Positions 18,417 through 28,891 of a stretch of DNA of 56,893 bases are shown in pieces. Location of the stretch: positions 1-56,893 of the forward strand of contig JAYZBV010000033.1 in assembly GCA_036338595.1 (NCBI GenBank). The letters run 5' to 3'. Position numbers and translations under genes: made by a program. This DNA is from Planctomycetota bacterium (lineage in GTDB: Bacteria; Planctomycetota; UBA8108; UBA1146). Numbering within the stretch: the stretch's first letter is position 1; each line of letters opens with the position of its first letter. Under the pieces are notes generated by a model. It did not search any database and was not told where the DNA came from. It worked only from the letters and a program-made list of their open reading frames with translations.

Positions 18417-20570
18417 CTAGCAGCCTTCAAACTCCTGACAGGTCAGGTTGTCGATGGAATCGTCCGGCCCGCAACCATCGGAGGGGGCAGGAGGAACCGA
18501 CCCACCCTGGAACAGGAACTCCAGGAGCGAGATCGCGTCGGAGATGTCCACCGCTCCATCGTCGTTGATATCTGCAGCATCCAGGCAAGTGGAAGGAGAC
18601 TGAGACGGGTCAAACATGTTGATCAACAGCACCGTTACATCGACCAGGTTACGGGTTCCATCCGGGGCAAGGTCGCCACGAATAAAGTCGGATCCGGTTC
18701 CCGAGAGGTCACCGGAGAGCATGTAGATGGTCGCAGTATCGCCTCCGATGAGATAGGTGACGGGTGTTCCAAAAGGTCCTGTTTCTGTGGATGAGATCCC
18801 TGTGACATCTCCTGTGTTGGCAGACGGAGTGATATCGAAGCCGATTCCGCTGGCCGTACCGTCGACGGCGCGCTCGATGCGGCTGATGCCACCATCGTTG
18901 AGCGAACCGACGGCAAAGTCACAGACACTGGTCTGACCTGAATCCCTCGAGGTGATTCCGCCGATGAACACCGACTCTCCAGTGGGTGTCGGGGGGATGG
19001 GCATCAGCCGAACGCCCGTGGTTCCATCCGGGTCAAACTCGAAGGTGGAAGCCTCGGAACGATCAATTCCAAGGAAGCGGCCAGCAGAGGAGGACCAGGT
19101 GATCTCTCCGAGTTGTCCCATTCCTGGAGAAGTCAGGGTCGCACTGGAGATCGAAACACCTTGCAGGTCGGTGGTGAGGAGTTCGCCGGTTGAAGTCAAC
19201 CATGTGAGGGTGTCATTCGACGAGTTCCAGGCGATCCCGATCAGATCCACTGCCGAAGCGAAGGGACCAGGGATGCTGCCTGTCGGTGAGAGATCTTTCG
19301 AGTAGAGCCAGGCGGTCAGTCCCGAAGAATCTGCGACGACCAGCTGTCCTGAACTTTCGATGACCGTGGTCGGTCCGGGATTGCTGCCGCCATGAGGAAC
19401 CTGACCGAGCAGACGACCGAATCCGACGACAACGCTACAAGCGGCTTCCGGAAGATTGACCCCGCTCGCCGGAACCGGCTTGAGGGTGTAGAGATAGGAT
19501 CCCGAGTCGAGGTCGGCATCGGTGTAGGTATCTATTCCGGTGCCGATGGTGGCAATCTCGACATTGTCTCGTGAGAGAATGATGCTGGAGTAGTTGATGG
19601 GGTTGATCCACTCGAGGGTGACATTGTTGTCGCCATCGGCGATGCAACTGAAAGTCGAGATCGAGGGTGCATTCGGGTTGGGAACCGCCACCTCGACGAT
19701 GATTTCATTGGAGAGGTCGACCACGAACTCGCTGGGTCCACCCCAGCTGCCAAACTCGGTCCATCCGATGCCGGTCACCCACCCTGTCAGGGCGTTGATG
19801 CTGGCGAGGGGGTAGAAGAGGCCCTGCTCGGCACCGGTCTCATCCACCCTCACGACCTGGTTGGCACGCTGAGCAGACGGTGGTCCGACCGGAATATCGA
19901 ACAGGTAATAGCCAGTGTTCTGATCGAGCATGATCGATAAGCCGAGTCCGAATGCGCCAGCTCCTGGTGAGGTCGCTTCCGGATTCGGGAAGGAGTTACC
20001 AGAGAAGCTGCCGTCAGGCGACAACTCGAGGTAGGCATCGCCCTGCAGATCATTGGTCCAGAGATTTCCCGTTCCGGGGTGCCACTCGAGGCCTGTCACC
20101 GTGGTGGTGCCGACGGGAAGATCGAGAACTACCGGAGTACCGATCAGATTTCCTCCGGAACTCGAGGACGCAAGGATCAGCGCACCCTGATCATTGACCA
20201 GCCAGTAGAGAAGATCCTGGTCAGTATCCCACGCTACGCCGAGGTAGGTTGCGGGTCCGAGGGGGCAGGAGAATTGCGACGAATTGGCGAGCGAGCCGAC
20301 ATCGAACTTGTAGAAGAGGCCGCTCAGGTAATCGGAGACGAGAACAACCGATTCTCCATCGATCACCGTTGCTGCGTAGGGCAACTCACCAGGGTAGGAA
20401 CCGGTCTGCATGAAACAGGTGCCGAAGGGAGGATTGGTCGACGGACAGGGCACCTGAGCTTCGATGAAAGTGGCTGCCGAGAAGAGCAACACGATGGCGA
20501 GCAGCCAGTGGGAAGCCCACAGGTGTGTGATTCGATGCGAATCCCTCTTCGTTGCAGATGGATAGGACAT
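18417..20570 (-). CDS. Secreted protein with two beta-propeller-like regions, an FN3/Ig-like module and a C-terminal dockerin
   Basis: Signal WLLAIVLLFSAATFIEAQ; repeated G.AW....D.L.W strands; VTLEWINPINYSSIILSRDN module; FIRGD...CLDAADINDDGAVDISDAISLLEFLF. Start is uncertain. Confidence 0.75.
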   Translation of the reverse strand: MSYPSATKRDSHRITHLWASHWLLAIVLLFSAATFIEAQVPCPSTNPPFGTCFMQTGSYPGELPYAATVIDGESVVLVSDYLSGLFYKFDVGSLANSSQFSCPLGPATYLGVAWDTDQDLLYWLVNDQGALILASSSSGGNLIGTPVVLDLPVGTTTVTGLEWHPGTGNLWTNDLQGDAYLELSPDGSFSGNSFPNPEATSPGAGAFGLGLSIMLDQNTGYYLFDIPVGPPSAQRANQVVRVDETGAEQGLFYPLASINALTGWVTGIGWTEFGSWGGPSEFVVDLSNEIIVEVAVPNPNAPSISTFSCIADGDNNVTLEWINPINYSSIILSRDNVEIATIGTGIDTYTDADLDSGSYLYTLKPVPASGVNLPEAACSVVVGFGRLLGQVPHGGSNPGPTTVIESSGQLVVADSSGLTAWLYSKDLSPTGSIPGPFASAVDLIGIAWNSSNDTLTWLTSTGELLTTDLQGVSISSATLTSPGMGQLGEITWSSSAGRFLGIDRSEASTFEFDPDGTTGVRLMPIPPTPTGESVFIGGITSRDSGQTSVCDFAVGSLNDGGISRIERAVDGTASGIGFDITPSANTGDVTGISSTETGPFGTPVTYLIGGDTATIYMLSGDLSGTGSDFIRGDLAPDGTRNLVDVTVLLINMFDPSQSPSTCLDAADINDDGAVDISDAISLLEFLFQGGSVPPAPSDGCGPDDSIDNLTCQEFEGC

Positions 20571-20886
20571 GGTCCGTCTTTCAGTGCTACCGGGTCCTCG
20601 ATTCAGAAGCCGGTAAGGTTCTTCCTGTGGCGTAGCCAGATGGAACAGGATCATGGCGACCCTGTCGCATCCTCGGGGCCAGAACAGTAGTAAATGACAC
20701 CGATCCTTTGCCCCATCCGGGGTCCAATCCGATCGTTGGAGGCACTGCCAGGAGACGGGATGAATGGTCGTTGTGACCATTTAATGGGTCCCGCAGAGGA
20801 GCATCTCCAATTCGAATTCTATCCGGGAGAGAGTGCGTGTCAATCGGGGCAGGTGGGCGAGCGATGGAACGGAAAAGATTTCCGGT

Positions 20887-21459
20887 TTATTGGCCCGAGG
20901 AGGACTGTTGACCGGAGTTACCAGCGACGTCTCGTGCTCCAAAATGACGCCCGATGGCGCGGCGGGCGCGCACCAGCGAATCTGCGACGGCTTGCTGGGT
21001 GACCTGCAATCTCTGAGCGATCTCCTGCTGCATCAGCGATTCCCGGTAGTAAAGACGGACCACCTCTTGCTGCCTCGGGGTCAGGATCTGGATATTGTCG
21101 AGCAACACGTTGACGCTTCGAAGTCCCATGAAGAGGCGCGGCAGATCTTCCGAGTCGACTCGCCCACGCTCCATGCTGGGGATCAGCTGATCGACCAGAT
21201 CACAAATCCTGCTGCATCGGGATCGCGCGGGACAACGGGAACAGTAGGGTCCGTATGAACCTGGAGCGAATTGAGTATCACCAGGTCGCTGGCCGTTGTG
21301 GTGGTGGCCATTGAGGTCTTTGCCATTGAGGTCTTTGCCATTGAGGTTTTTGCCATCGAGGTTCTTGCCATTGAGGCGATTGCCATCGAGGTTGTGGCCA
21401 TTCCTGTTCGGGCCACCATTGCTGGCAGAAAAACCATTCGAGTTGCCGACCGCAGACAT
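20887..21459 (-). CDS. Sigma70 region-4-like HTH protein with a 4-Cys motif and an N-terminal NGxxL repeat
   Basis: LTPRQQEVVRLYYRESLMQQEIAQRLQVTQQAVADSLVRAR; CSRCPARSRCSRIC. Confidence 0.7.
   Translation of the reverse strand: MSAVGNSNGFSASNGGPNRNGHNLDGNRLNGKNLDGKNLNGKDLNGKDLNGHHHNGQRPGDTQFAPGSYGPYCSRCPARSRCSRICDLVDQLIPSMERGRVDSEDLPRLFMGLRSVNVLLDNIQILTPRQQEVVRLYYRESLMQQEIAQRLQVTQQAVADSLVRARRAIGRHFGARDVAGNSGQQSSSGQ
21307..21396. repeat. Six imperfect 15-nt tandem repeats (consensus GCCATYGAGGTCTTT) encoding [N/D]GxxL
   Basis: Units gccattgaggtcttt x2, gccattgaggttttt, gccatcgaggttctt, gccattgaggcgatt, gccatcgaggttgtg. Confidence 0.9.
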
Positions 21460-21567
21460 CGTCTAACCTTTCAACTCGCTACTGCCTTTCGAGAAGCGGG
21501 GTACCTACTCAAGCATACACCACGATGGGGACTTCGACATCCCCGAGGTTTGCAGAGCAATATCGGT

Positions 21568-21611
21568 AAAAAAATGCGGGTTTCGGGAAACAACTTGTTT
21601 CCCGAAACCCG
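21568..21611 (-). terminator. Intrinsic terminator of the giant surface-protein gene
   Basis: CGGGTTTCGGGAAACAA-C-TTGTTTCCCGAAACCCG; followed on the minus strand by CATTTTTTT. Confidence 0.8.
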
Positions 21612-21644
21612 TTCGGTGCTGCAAATTAGTGCTGTTTCGACTTT

Positions 21645-24600
21645 CTAGTACGGAGAATCGATGCAATCGAGCATATCGTCGGACGGATCGAGTCCCGCAT
21701 CGGGATATGGCGACGCGGGCGGAACCAATGGCGTTCCATCCGCATGCAAGTAGTAGAAGATCATCAACATCGCATCTCCGATGGTCACGATCCCGTTGTC
21801 GTCGAAATCTGCAGAATCGAAACATGTTGGTTCTTGACCGCCGATGAAGAGCCAGTTCAGCACCCAGATGCCGTCAGCGATGTCACAGTTCGTATCACTG
21901 TTTGCATCTCCGCGCAGGAACGCTTTGACATTTCCTGAACAGGTGGTGGAAGTGGTGATTCCATCGGCATGTTGAGCCCAGATCCGGTAGGTGTAGGTAC
22001 CCTCGGCTGGAACCACATTGATGGAACTGGTTGCTGCTCCCGGGATCGAAGAGATCAACACACCGTTTCGCTCGATATGAATCGTCGTGTAAGCGGCAGT
22101 GTTTTCCCAGTCGAGATGTACTGGAGCACCGAAGAAGGTACACGCCAGATTGATCGGTGCTGGCAAGATGGTGACGGAGCAATTGATCGGCGCCGTCTGA
22201 GATCCTGCCAGAGTTGCAATGATCTCGTAGGAGTAGGTACCTGCACCGAGGGAGAAGTCAGTGAAACTCTCTTCAGTTCCATCGACGAGCCCAACCACCA
22301 TGCCGTCGCGAGAGATCTGGATCAGGTCATAGGCCTCACCGTTACTCCAGCTGAGGGTGTTTCCATCTCCGATGGTGCTACAGGCGATTCCCGACATCGG
22401 TTGCGGAACCACGATGTCACAGCAAACGGTGGCACCGGTCCCATTGCCGATGTTGACGATCAAGCAGTACTGATAGGTGCCGGGTCCCGGGCTATCGGTA
22501 GTACCTGTGGCAGAGCCAGCCAGGGAACCGATGGGGGAGCCGTTGCGCAGCAGGCTGATGAAATCGCCACTGGCGGGGAGATCCCAGGAGATCTGAACCT
22601 CGGACCCGCCGGAGAGGCTGCAAGCCATGTTCTGCGGTGTCGAGGGGACCTCTTCCGTGCAGGAAGCGGTGGCGGAAGTACTCTGGTCGCCCAGGCTTGC
22701 CGTCAATTCGTAACTGTGAGAACCGTGCGGTTGCGACGGATCCGTGTAACTCTCGGTGGTCCCCGGCAGTAATGCCAGCAGGGCGCCGTCACGAGTCAGC
22801 GTCAAGGTGTCGTAGTCATCGGTGTTGGTCCAACTCAGCACCACATCTCCCGAAGCCGACACGCAGCCGAAGCCGGTCGGAGCGGAGATCACTCGAGCCG
22901 AGCAGCAGGTCTCTGCGCTGGTGCCAGTTCCGATCTGGTTGACGATGCAGTACTCGTGAGTGCCAACCCCGGCGCCGACATCGTCGTATGAGGTGGCGCT
23001 GCCACCGAGGGTCGCGATCACAAGGCCATCACGGCTCACCTCGACGGTCGTGCCGTCTGTTGGCAAGGTCCAGGAAAGCGAGACGGTCGAGTCCAGAGCA
23101 GAGCAAGCCATGTCGGTCGGTGTAGAAGGCACATCGACGGTGCAATCGACGGTGTCGCTGATGCTGGAAGCTCCGGCGTCAGCAGTCATGTCGTAACTAT
23201 GTGCCCCGGCTCCCGCAGTAGCGTCGTGGTAAGAGCTATCGCTTCCCGAGAGGATCGCCAGCAGTTGGCCATCTCGATTGAGAGTGATGGTGTCGTAGAC
23301 ATCATTGTTGGTCCAACTGATATCGACCTCGCCGCCATTGGCAGCACAGGCGAATCCGCTCGGGGCAGCGAGTACCCTGGCACTGCAACATGTGGTGGCA
23401 CTGGTGCCATTTCCGATCATGTTGACGATGCAGTATTCGTTGGTACCCACAGGCGCTCCCACATCCTCATGTGAGGTGGCATCTCCTGCGAGCATGGCGA
23501 TGACGGTGCCATTTCGGCTCAGTACGATGGTTTCGCCCGGGGCCGGCAGGGTCCAGGAGAGGGAAGCGGTCGATCCGAGTGCCGAACAGGCCATGTCGGT
23601 GGGAGTCGAGGGCACATCGACGGTGCAATCCACGGTATCACTGACGCTAAGAGCTCCGGCGTCAGCAGTCATGTCGTAACTGTGGAGTCCGTGACCGGCA
23701 GTGTCATCATGATAGGAGTTGTCACCCCCCGGGAGGATCGCCAGCAACTGACCATCGCGGTTGAGTGTGATGGTGTCGTAGGTGTCGTTGTTGGTCCATG
23801 TGATATCGACCTCTCCCGAGACCACTGCGCAGGCGAAGCCGGTCGGGGAAGCCAGTACGCGTGCCGTGCAACAAGTGGTGGCACTGGTACCACTACCGAT
23901 CTTGTTGGTGATGCAGTAATCGTGGGTTCCCACCGGAGCACCGACATCTTCGTAGGAAGTTGCGCCACCACCGATGTTTGCAATCACCATACCATTTCGC
24001 TTCACCTCGATGATGTCGCCGGGTGCTGGCAGAGTCCAGCTGAGGGACGCGGTCGAGCCGAGTGCCGAGCAGGCCATGTCGGTGGGGGTCGAGGGGACAT
24101 CCACCGAACAGTCGGCCGTGGCACTGGTGCTGGACGGGCCACCGTGGGCGGTCAGATCGTAACTGTGAGCACCGTGCGCCGGCATTGCATCCTGGTAGGA
24201 GGAGTCGCCTCCCGAGAGGATCGCCAGCAGCTGGCCGTCACGATTGAGAGTGAGAGTGCTGTAGCTGTCGTTGTTGGTCCAGGAGATCTCGACATTGCCC
24301 GAGACGGTCGAGCAGCTGAAGTCGCTCGGATCCGCCAGCACATGAATCGATGCGCAGATGGTGGCACTGGTACCGTCTCCGATTCGCATCGTGAGGCAGT
24401 ATTCGTAGTCGCCAGAAGCCAATCCCGAATCGTCATACGACTGGGTAGAAGCGGGAAGCGACTCGATGAGCGCCCCGTTTCGGTACAGATCTGCGGTATC
24501 TCCAGGACCTGAATGGCTCCAGGTCAAGGAAACGGTCGAGGCGAGGGCACTGGCTGCCAGATCCGTGGCGGCTGCCGGGACTGCTTCGTTGCAATCGATA

Positions 24601-27600
24601 GTGGCTGAACTGTTGCCATCCTTGGCACCGCTGAGGGTGTAGGTATGGCTGCCAGGAGTCGGCGCGACATCGGTGTAGGTGGTTGTTGCGCCGGGCAGAA
24701 CTGCGATCACGGCGCCATCTCGCTGCAGCGTCACGTCGTCGTATTCTTCGTTATTGGTCCAACTCATGTCTACATCGCCTGCAGTGGCGAGGCAGGAGAA
24801 CCCGGTCGGGGGTGCTGGAACCAGCAGGGTGCAGCAGGTGGAAGCACTGGTCTTGGGTCCGAAGATATTGATCACGCAGTACTCGTAGGTCGCAGGTGCC
24901 ACACCCGCATCGGTGTAGCCGGAGCTGGTCGGGGGCAGATCTGCAATTTCGACCCCGTCCCTGAGCACCATGATGCTGGTGGATGGCTGGGTGTTGACCC
25001 ATGTCAGCACCGAATCGATGCCACCGGCCACCGAACAACTGAGGTCGGCGGGCGGGTAAGGCACGGTCACTTCGCACCAGATGAATTTGGATTCGTAGTT
25101 GCCGATTCGACCACTGACCTCGTAGATGTGAGGTCCAGGTCCGGCCATGTTATCGATGTACTCGGTGGTGGTGCCGCCCAGATCTTCCAGGATGGTGCCA
25201 CCGTCTCGCTTCAGGATGACATTGTCGTAGGCATCCATGTTGGTCCAGGAAATGGTCGCAATCGAGGAATCGACTCCGCACATGATGTCAGCAGGGGCAG
25301 CCGGGACAATTGCACCGGCGCAGGAATCACTGCTGTAGTTGTTGCCGATGCGAGCACGCAGGCAGTACTCGTAGTTGCCTGGATCCTGAGAAGGATCGAT
25401 GTAGGAAGTGGCCCCGGCAGGGATGGTCGCGATGACGATTCCATCACGGAAAATCCGCACGGTGGTGGCGTCTTCCGTGGGCGCCCAGGTCAGCAGTACA
25501 TTTTCACCCTCGAGCAGTCCGGTGCCGAGGCCGTTGACCGGCTCGGGGATCACGGATGTGCAATGGGTCGCATTACTCTCACTCGATCCCTTGACTCCAC
25601 GAATCGAGTAGGAGTAATCACCAGGGCTGAGTGGAGTATCGATGTATTCGGTGGAGGTACCTGCGACCGAAGCGATCACGGTGGAGCCACGCATCACTTC
25701 AACGGAGTCATAGGCGGGAGCAGGGTTGCTCCAGTTGAGTCGCACCTGATCGGCTTCACCGCGGCATGTGAGCGATTCGGGTCTGCGCAGGACCGTCAGC
25801 GAGCACGATTCTGCAGCACTGAGACCCTGACGGCGCTGTGCCGTGATGGAGTAAGTGTGGGCACCGAAGGGCGAGCCTTCGTCGGTGTAACTGGTGCTAT
25901 TTCCAGAAATGGTGTCGATCAGATTACCATCGCGACGGATGGCGATGCTGTCGTAGGTACCCCCGTTGGCCCACATGAGGAACACCGATGTTCCCGTTGC
26001 CGAGCAACCGAGTGGTCCGAGCGGCTCGGGTACGGTGAGAGTGCAACAGGTACGGCCGCTCTCTCCATTGAACCTGACACCACGGATGCAAACGCTGTAA
26101 TCACCGGGGCCATCGGCAATCGTGGTGGTGTAACTCTGGCTGTTGCCGAGGATCTGATCGATTTCGACCGGAGGTGTGGATCCATCTCCCGGACCGAACT
26201 CGACGATGATGTAGTCATACGCATCGGTGTTGATCCATGTGATGGTAGCGATGTCCACATCCGAGGCGCAGTCGATTTCTTTGACGGAAATCGGATCGAA
26301 GATCTCGCAGGTGGCACGAGCACTGATGCTTCGTCCGCCATCGGAGACCCCCTCGATCTCGTACAGGAAACGACCAGCCGAGATGGTGTCCTGGGTCGTC
26401 ATCGCATCTCCGGCGAGAGTCTGGATGTGGGCACCATCGCGATAGATGTTGATCAGATCGAACCCGTTCGGGTTCGGCATCAGGTTCCAGTTGATGGTGG
26501 CGATGATCTGGTTCTGGGCGTTCGGAGCGGCGCTACAGGATGCGTTGTAGGGAGGCATCAGCGCGGTGATGTCGCAACTGGTCGAGAGTGTCGTTGTGCG
26601 GTCACCGCGTTCCACGACGCTGTAGGAGTGAATTCCCGAGGAGACATCGTTGTCGTGATAGGAAGTGCTACCGCCTGGAAGTGATGCCAGGAGCCCTCCA
26701 TCGCGATAGAGATCGATGTGATCGTAACTGTCGCTGTTGGTCCAGGAGATGGAAACATCCCGGTGCTGTGATGTGCAATCGAGGGCCGCGATCGGCACCA
26801 GTACACGGATGTCGCTGCCTCGCTTGACCGTGTTGATGTCGCGGCGCCGACCCCGGACAGAGTAGTTGTGATCGCCGTAGGCGACATTGGTATCGATGTA
26901 CATCTCGGTCTGGCCCGGCAAGGTGGCCAGCAGCGAGCCATCGCGGAACAGGTCGACCTCGTCGTAGAAGGCGCGGTTGTTCCAGGTGATGGTCACCGTC
27001 TGACCCAGAGCTTCCGTTTCTACATTATTGGGCGAGCGTAGTTTCTGGCCCATGAAGAGATATACGGCTCCAGCCTCTTCTCGTCCGTAGGGTTTCGATC
27101 CAGGCGCTCCGATGAGGGCATCATTTCCACGGTCATCGTTGAAGTCCCCGACCGATCCGACGGAAGCGCCGACCATCTGATTTTCCTGAAGTCCGAGGTA
27201 TCCCCGACCCTCATGCTGGAACAGGTCGAGCAACTGGGCTTCTCCGAGGTACTGGCCACCATCGACTCGGTGCGCCATTCCTTTTTCGACATCGAGCAGG
27301 ATCGATCGCGCGATTCCCACGATGTGGTCATCGATACCATCTCCACTGAAGTCGAGGGTGGTGTGTACAGACTGACCCTCTTCATCGTTGTCGTAGAAAC
27401 TCATGTACCGGGTGATCCACGGCGCAGGGTTTGCGAGGTTGATGATCGCACCCGGACTGATACCACCACGGACCAGATACGCGACATTGGCGATCGTTTC
27501 CGGGTTGTGGTCGTGCAGGGAGCGGCTCACCAGAAGTTCACTGTCTCCATCGGAATCGGCATCCCCTGCACAGCCGATCGACTGACCCAGTTCATGGTTG

Positions 27601-28592
27601 GCATGCGGGACTCTCACCGTGGTGCTGGCGAGGCCACTGGCTCCAATATCATTGAGAGCGACTTCTGCGGGAGGAGCGCTGCCACCGTAGATGACCCAGA
27701 CTCGCCCGGCATTTGCCGAGGATCCGTCTGAATGGCGCATCGAGGCGATGGCGATGTCGGAATGCCCGTCACCATTGAAATCTTCCAGATCGGTGACACA
27801 GGAGCCGACCTCCTGATTGGGGCCACCGGAGCGGAAGATCGTCACATTGGCGTGGGATTGTTTGAGGTCCATCGTCTGGGGCAGTGAAGACCCTCCTCGG
27901 ATCAGGAATGCGCTACCGCAGACTTCGAGAGCATCATTCGAGTCCTCGGGGGCGCCGACCAGAACATCGGAGAACCCGTCTCCGTCGAAATCACGTGCGC
28001 CAGATACAGAAGCTCCGAAGTGACCGTCCTCACGAGCACCGATGATCTCGACACCCATACTTCCCAGGTTCGATACATCGATCATTGAAGGAAGATTTTC
28101 AGAACCGAAGATGATGTAAGCGCGACCCGCTTCTTCCTCGTCCGGGTGACTACTGGAGGCACTGGGTGCACCGATGATGACATCATCGATATTGTCACCG
28201 TTGACATCTCCTGCATTGGATACCGAGGAGCCCAGCATCGACCCTGCCGGAGCTCCGTGGATCACGATCACCGAGCCTGGATGTGAAAATTTCAGATCCA
28301 GTTGGGTAGGGGGGGATCCAGAGCCGAGGATGATGTATGCGGCTCCGCCGGAGTTGTTGGAGTAGTTATACGAGCCAGGTGCTCCCGCGATGAAATCCGG
28401 GAAGCCATCGCCGTTGACATCTCCTGCACCGGAGGTGGAGGCACCGAGGTGGTCCTCAGCGTGACCACCGAGGATCTTCAACTGTGCTGTATCGATGAAA
28501 ACCTGATCGGAGGTCAGAGCTGCATCAGGTGTAAGGATTAGAGCGGCAATTGTCAGATAGACTGTGACAACAGTCAATATACGCGGGGACAT
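21645..28592 (-). CDS. Giant secreted/surface protein (2315 aa): integrin-alpha-like FG-GAP propeller, about 20 Cys-containing FN3/Ig-like modules, C-terminal dockerin
   Basis: Signal peptide; AGDVNGDG..D.I.GAP repeats; recurring LSWTN.D.YD.I...RDG..LA.L.G...SY.D modules; FLRGDANSDTNCDIADG...CFDSADFDDNG. Confidence 0.88.
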   Translation of the reverse strand: MSPRILTVVTVYLTIAALILTPDAALTSDQVFIDTAQLKILGGHAEDHLGASTSGAGDVNGDGFPDFIAGAPGSYNYSNNSGGAAYIILGSGSPPTQLDLKFSHPGSVIVIHGAPAGSMLGSSVSNAGDVNGDNIDDVIIGAPSASSSHPDEEEAGRAYIIFGSENLPSMIDVSNLGSMGVEIIGAREDGHFGASVSGARDFDGDGFSDVLVGAPEDSNDALEVCGSAFLIRGGSSLPQTMDLKQSHANVTIFRSGGPNQEVGSCVTDLEDFNGDGHSDIAIASMRHSDGSSANAGRVWVIYGGSAPPAEVALNDIGASGLASTTVRVPHANHELGQSIGCAGDADSDGDSELLVSRSLHDHNPETIANVAYLVRGGISPGAIINLANPAPWITRYMSFYDNDEEGQSVHTTLDFSGDGIDDHIVGIARSILLDVEKGMAHRVDGGQYLGEAQLLDLFQHEGRGYLGLQENQMVGASVGSVGDFNDDRGNDALIGAPGSKPYGREEAGAVYLFMGQKLRSPNNVETEALGQTVTITWNNRAFYDEVDLFRDGSLLATLPGQTEMYIDTNVAYGDHNYSVRGRRRDINTVKRGSDIRVLVPIAALDCTSQHRDVSISWTNSDSYDHIDLYRDGGLLASLPGGSTSYHDNDVSSGIHSYSVVERGDRTTTLSTSCDITALMPPYNASCSAAPNAQNQIIATINWNLMPNPNGFDLINIYRDGAHIQTLAGDAMTTQDTISAGRFLYEIEGVSDGGRSISARATCEIFDPISVKEIDCASDVDIATITWINTDAYDYIIVEFGPGDGSTPPVEIDQILGNSQSYTTTIADGPGDYSVCIRGVRFNGESGRTCCTLTVPEPLGPLGCSATGTSVFLMWANGGTYDSIAIRRDGNLIDTISGNSTSYTDEGSPFGAHTYSITAQRRQGLSAAESCSLTVLRRPESLTCRGEADQVRLNWSNPAPAYDSVEVMRGSTVIASVAGTSTEYIDTPLSPGDYSYSIRGVKGSSESNATHCTSVIPEPVNGLGTGLLEGENVLLTWAPTEDATTVRIFRDGIVIATIPAGATSYIDPSQDPGNYEYCLRARIGNNYSSDSCAGAIVPAAPADIMCGVDSSIATISWTNMDAYDNVILKRDGGTILEDLGGTTTEYIDNMAGPGPHIYEVSGRIGNYESKFIWCEVTVPYPPADLSCSVAGGIDSVLTWVNTQPSTSIMVLRDGVEIADLPPTSSGYTDAGVAPATYEYCVINIFGPKTSASTCCTLLVPAPPTGFSCLATAGDVDMSWTNNEEYDDVTLQRDGAVIAVLPGATTTYTDVAPTPGSHTYTLSGAKDGNSSATIDCNEAVPAAATDLAASALASTVSLTWSHSGPGDTADLYRNGALIESLPASTQSYDDSGLASGDYEYCLTMRIGDGTSATICASIHVLADPSDFSCSTVSGNVEISWTNNDSYSTLTLNRDGQLLAILSGGDSSYQDAMPAHGAHSYDLTAHGGPSSTSATADCSVDVPSTPTDMACSALGSTASLSWTLPAPGDIIEVKRNGMVIANIGGGATSYEDVGAPVGTHDYCITNKIGSGTSATTCCTARVLASPTGFACAVVSGEVDITWTNNDTYDTITLNRDGQLLAILPGGDNSYHDDTAGHGLHSYDMTADAGALSVSDTVDCTVDVPSTPTDMACSALGSTASLSWTLPAPGETIVLSRNGTVIAMLAGDATSHEDVGAPVGTNEYCIVNMIGNGTSATTCCSARVLAAPSGFACAANGGEVDISWTNNDVYDTITLNRDGQLLAILSGSDSSYHDATAGAGAHSYDMTADAGASSISDTVDCTVDVPSTPTDMACSALDSTVSLSWTLPTDGTTVEVSRDGLVIATLGGSATSYDDVGAGVGTHEYCIVNQIGTGTSAETCCSARVISAPTGFGCVSASGDVVLSWTNTDDYDTLTLTRDGALLALLPGTTESYTDPSQPHGSHSYELTASLGDQSTSATASCTEEVPSTPQNMACSLSGGSEVQISWDLPASGDFISLLRNGSPIGSLAGSATGTTDSPGPGTYQYCLIVNIGNGTGATVCCDIVVPQPMSGIACSTIGDGNTLSWSNGEAYDLIQISRDGMVVGLVDGTEESFTDFSLGAGTYSYEIIATLAGSQTAPINCSVTILPAPINLACTFFGAPVHLDWENTAAYTTIHIERNGVLISSIPGAATSSINVVPAEGTYTYRIWAQHADGITTSTTCSGNVKAFLRGDANSDTNCDIADGIWVLNWLFIGGQEPTCFDSADFDDNGIVTIGDAMLMIFYYLHADGTPLVPPASPYPDAGLDPSDDMLDCIDSPY
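22700..24400 (-). repeat. Internal ~483-nt (161-aa, two-module) tandem repeat, at least three copies
   Basis: CTVDVPSTPTDMACSAL-like segment recurs near 23107, 23590 and 24073 with high DNA identity. Boundaries are approximate. Confidence 0.8.
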
Positions 28593-28810
28593 AACACAAC
28601 TCCCATTTTAGATAGACGACACGATCCGAGTGAATAGTACAAACACACTCAGACTGAATTCTGAATAGTCCTCAGGTCCCACCATAGAGACCCCTGGTTG
28701 CACTCCAAAGATATGATCTGAGGGCATTCCCCACAAGCACTAGATGGTTCTATCAGTGCTGGAGAGGTCAGTACTGGGCAGGTATCGCCAATGATCGGAA
28801 GGGGGCGATT

Positions 28811-28852
28811 CAAAACAAAAAATGAGGAGATGCCCGCATCGGGCATCTCCTC
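28811..28852 (-). terminator. Intrinsic terminator
   Basis: GAGGAGATGCCCG-CAT-CGGGCATCTCCTC, followed on the minus strand by ATTTTTTGTTTTG. Confidence 0.8.
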
Positions 28853-28891
28853 TGCATTCATTGCATTGTAACGGCCAGCACTAGCACATGT

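Noticed and set aside
21307..21396. CRISPR-like repeats
   Set aside because: They are head-to-tail 15-mers with no spacers, in frame within a CDS, and there are no cas genes.
24645..26684. 679-aa plus-strand ORF
   Set aside because: Antisense shadow of the giant surface-protein gene.
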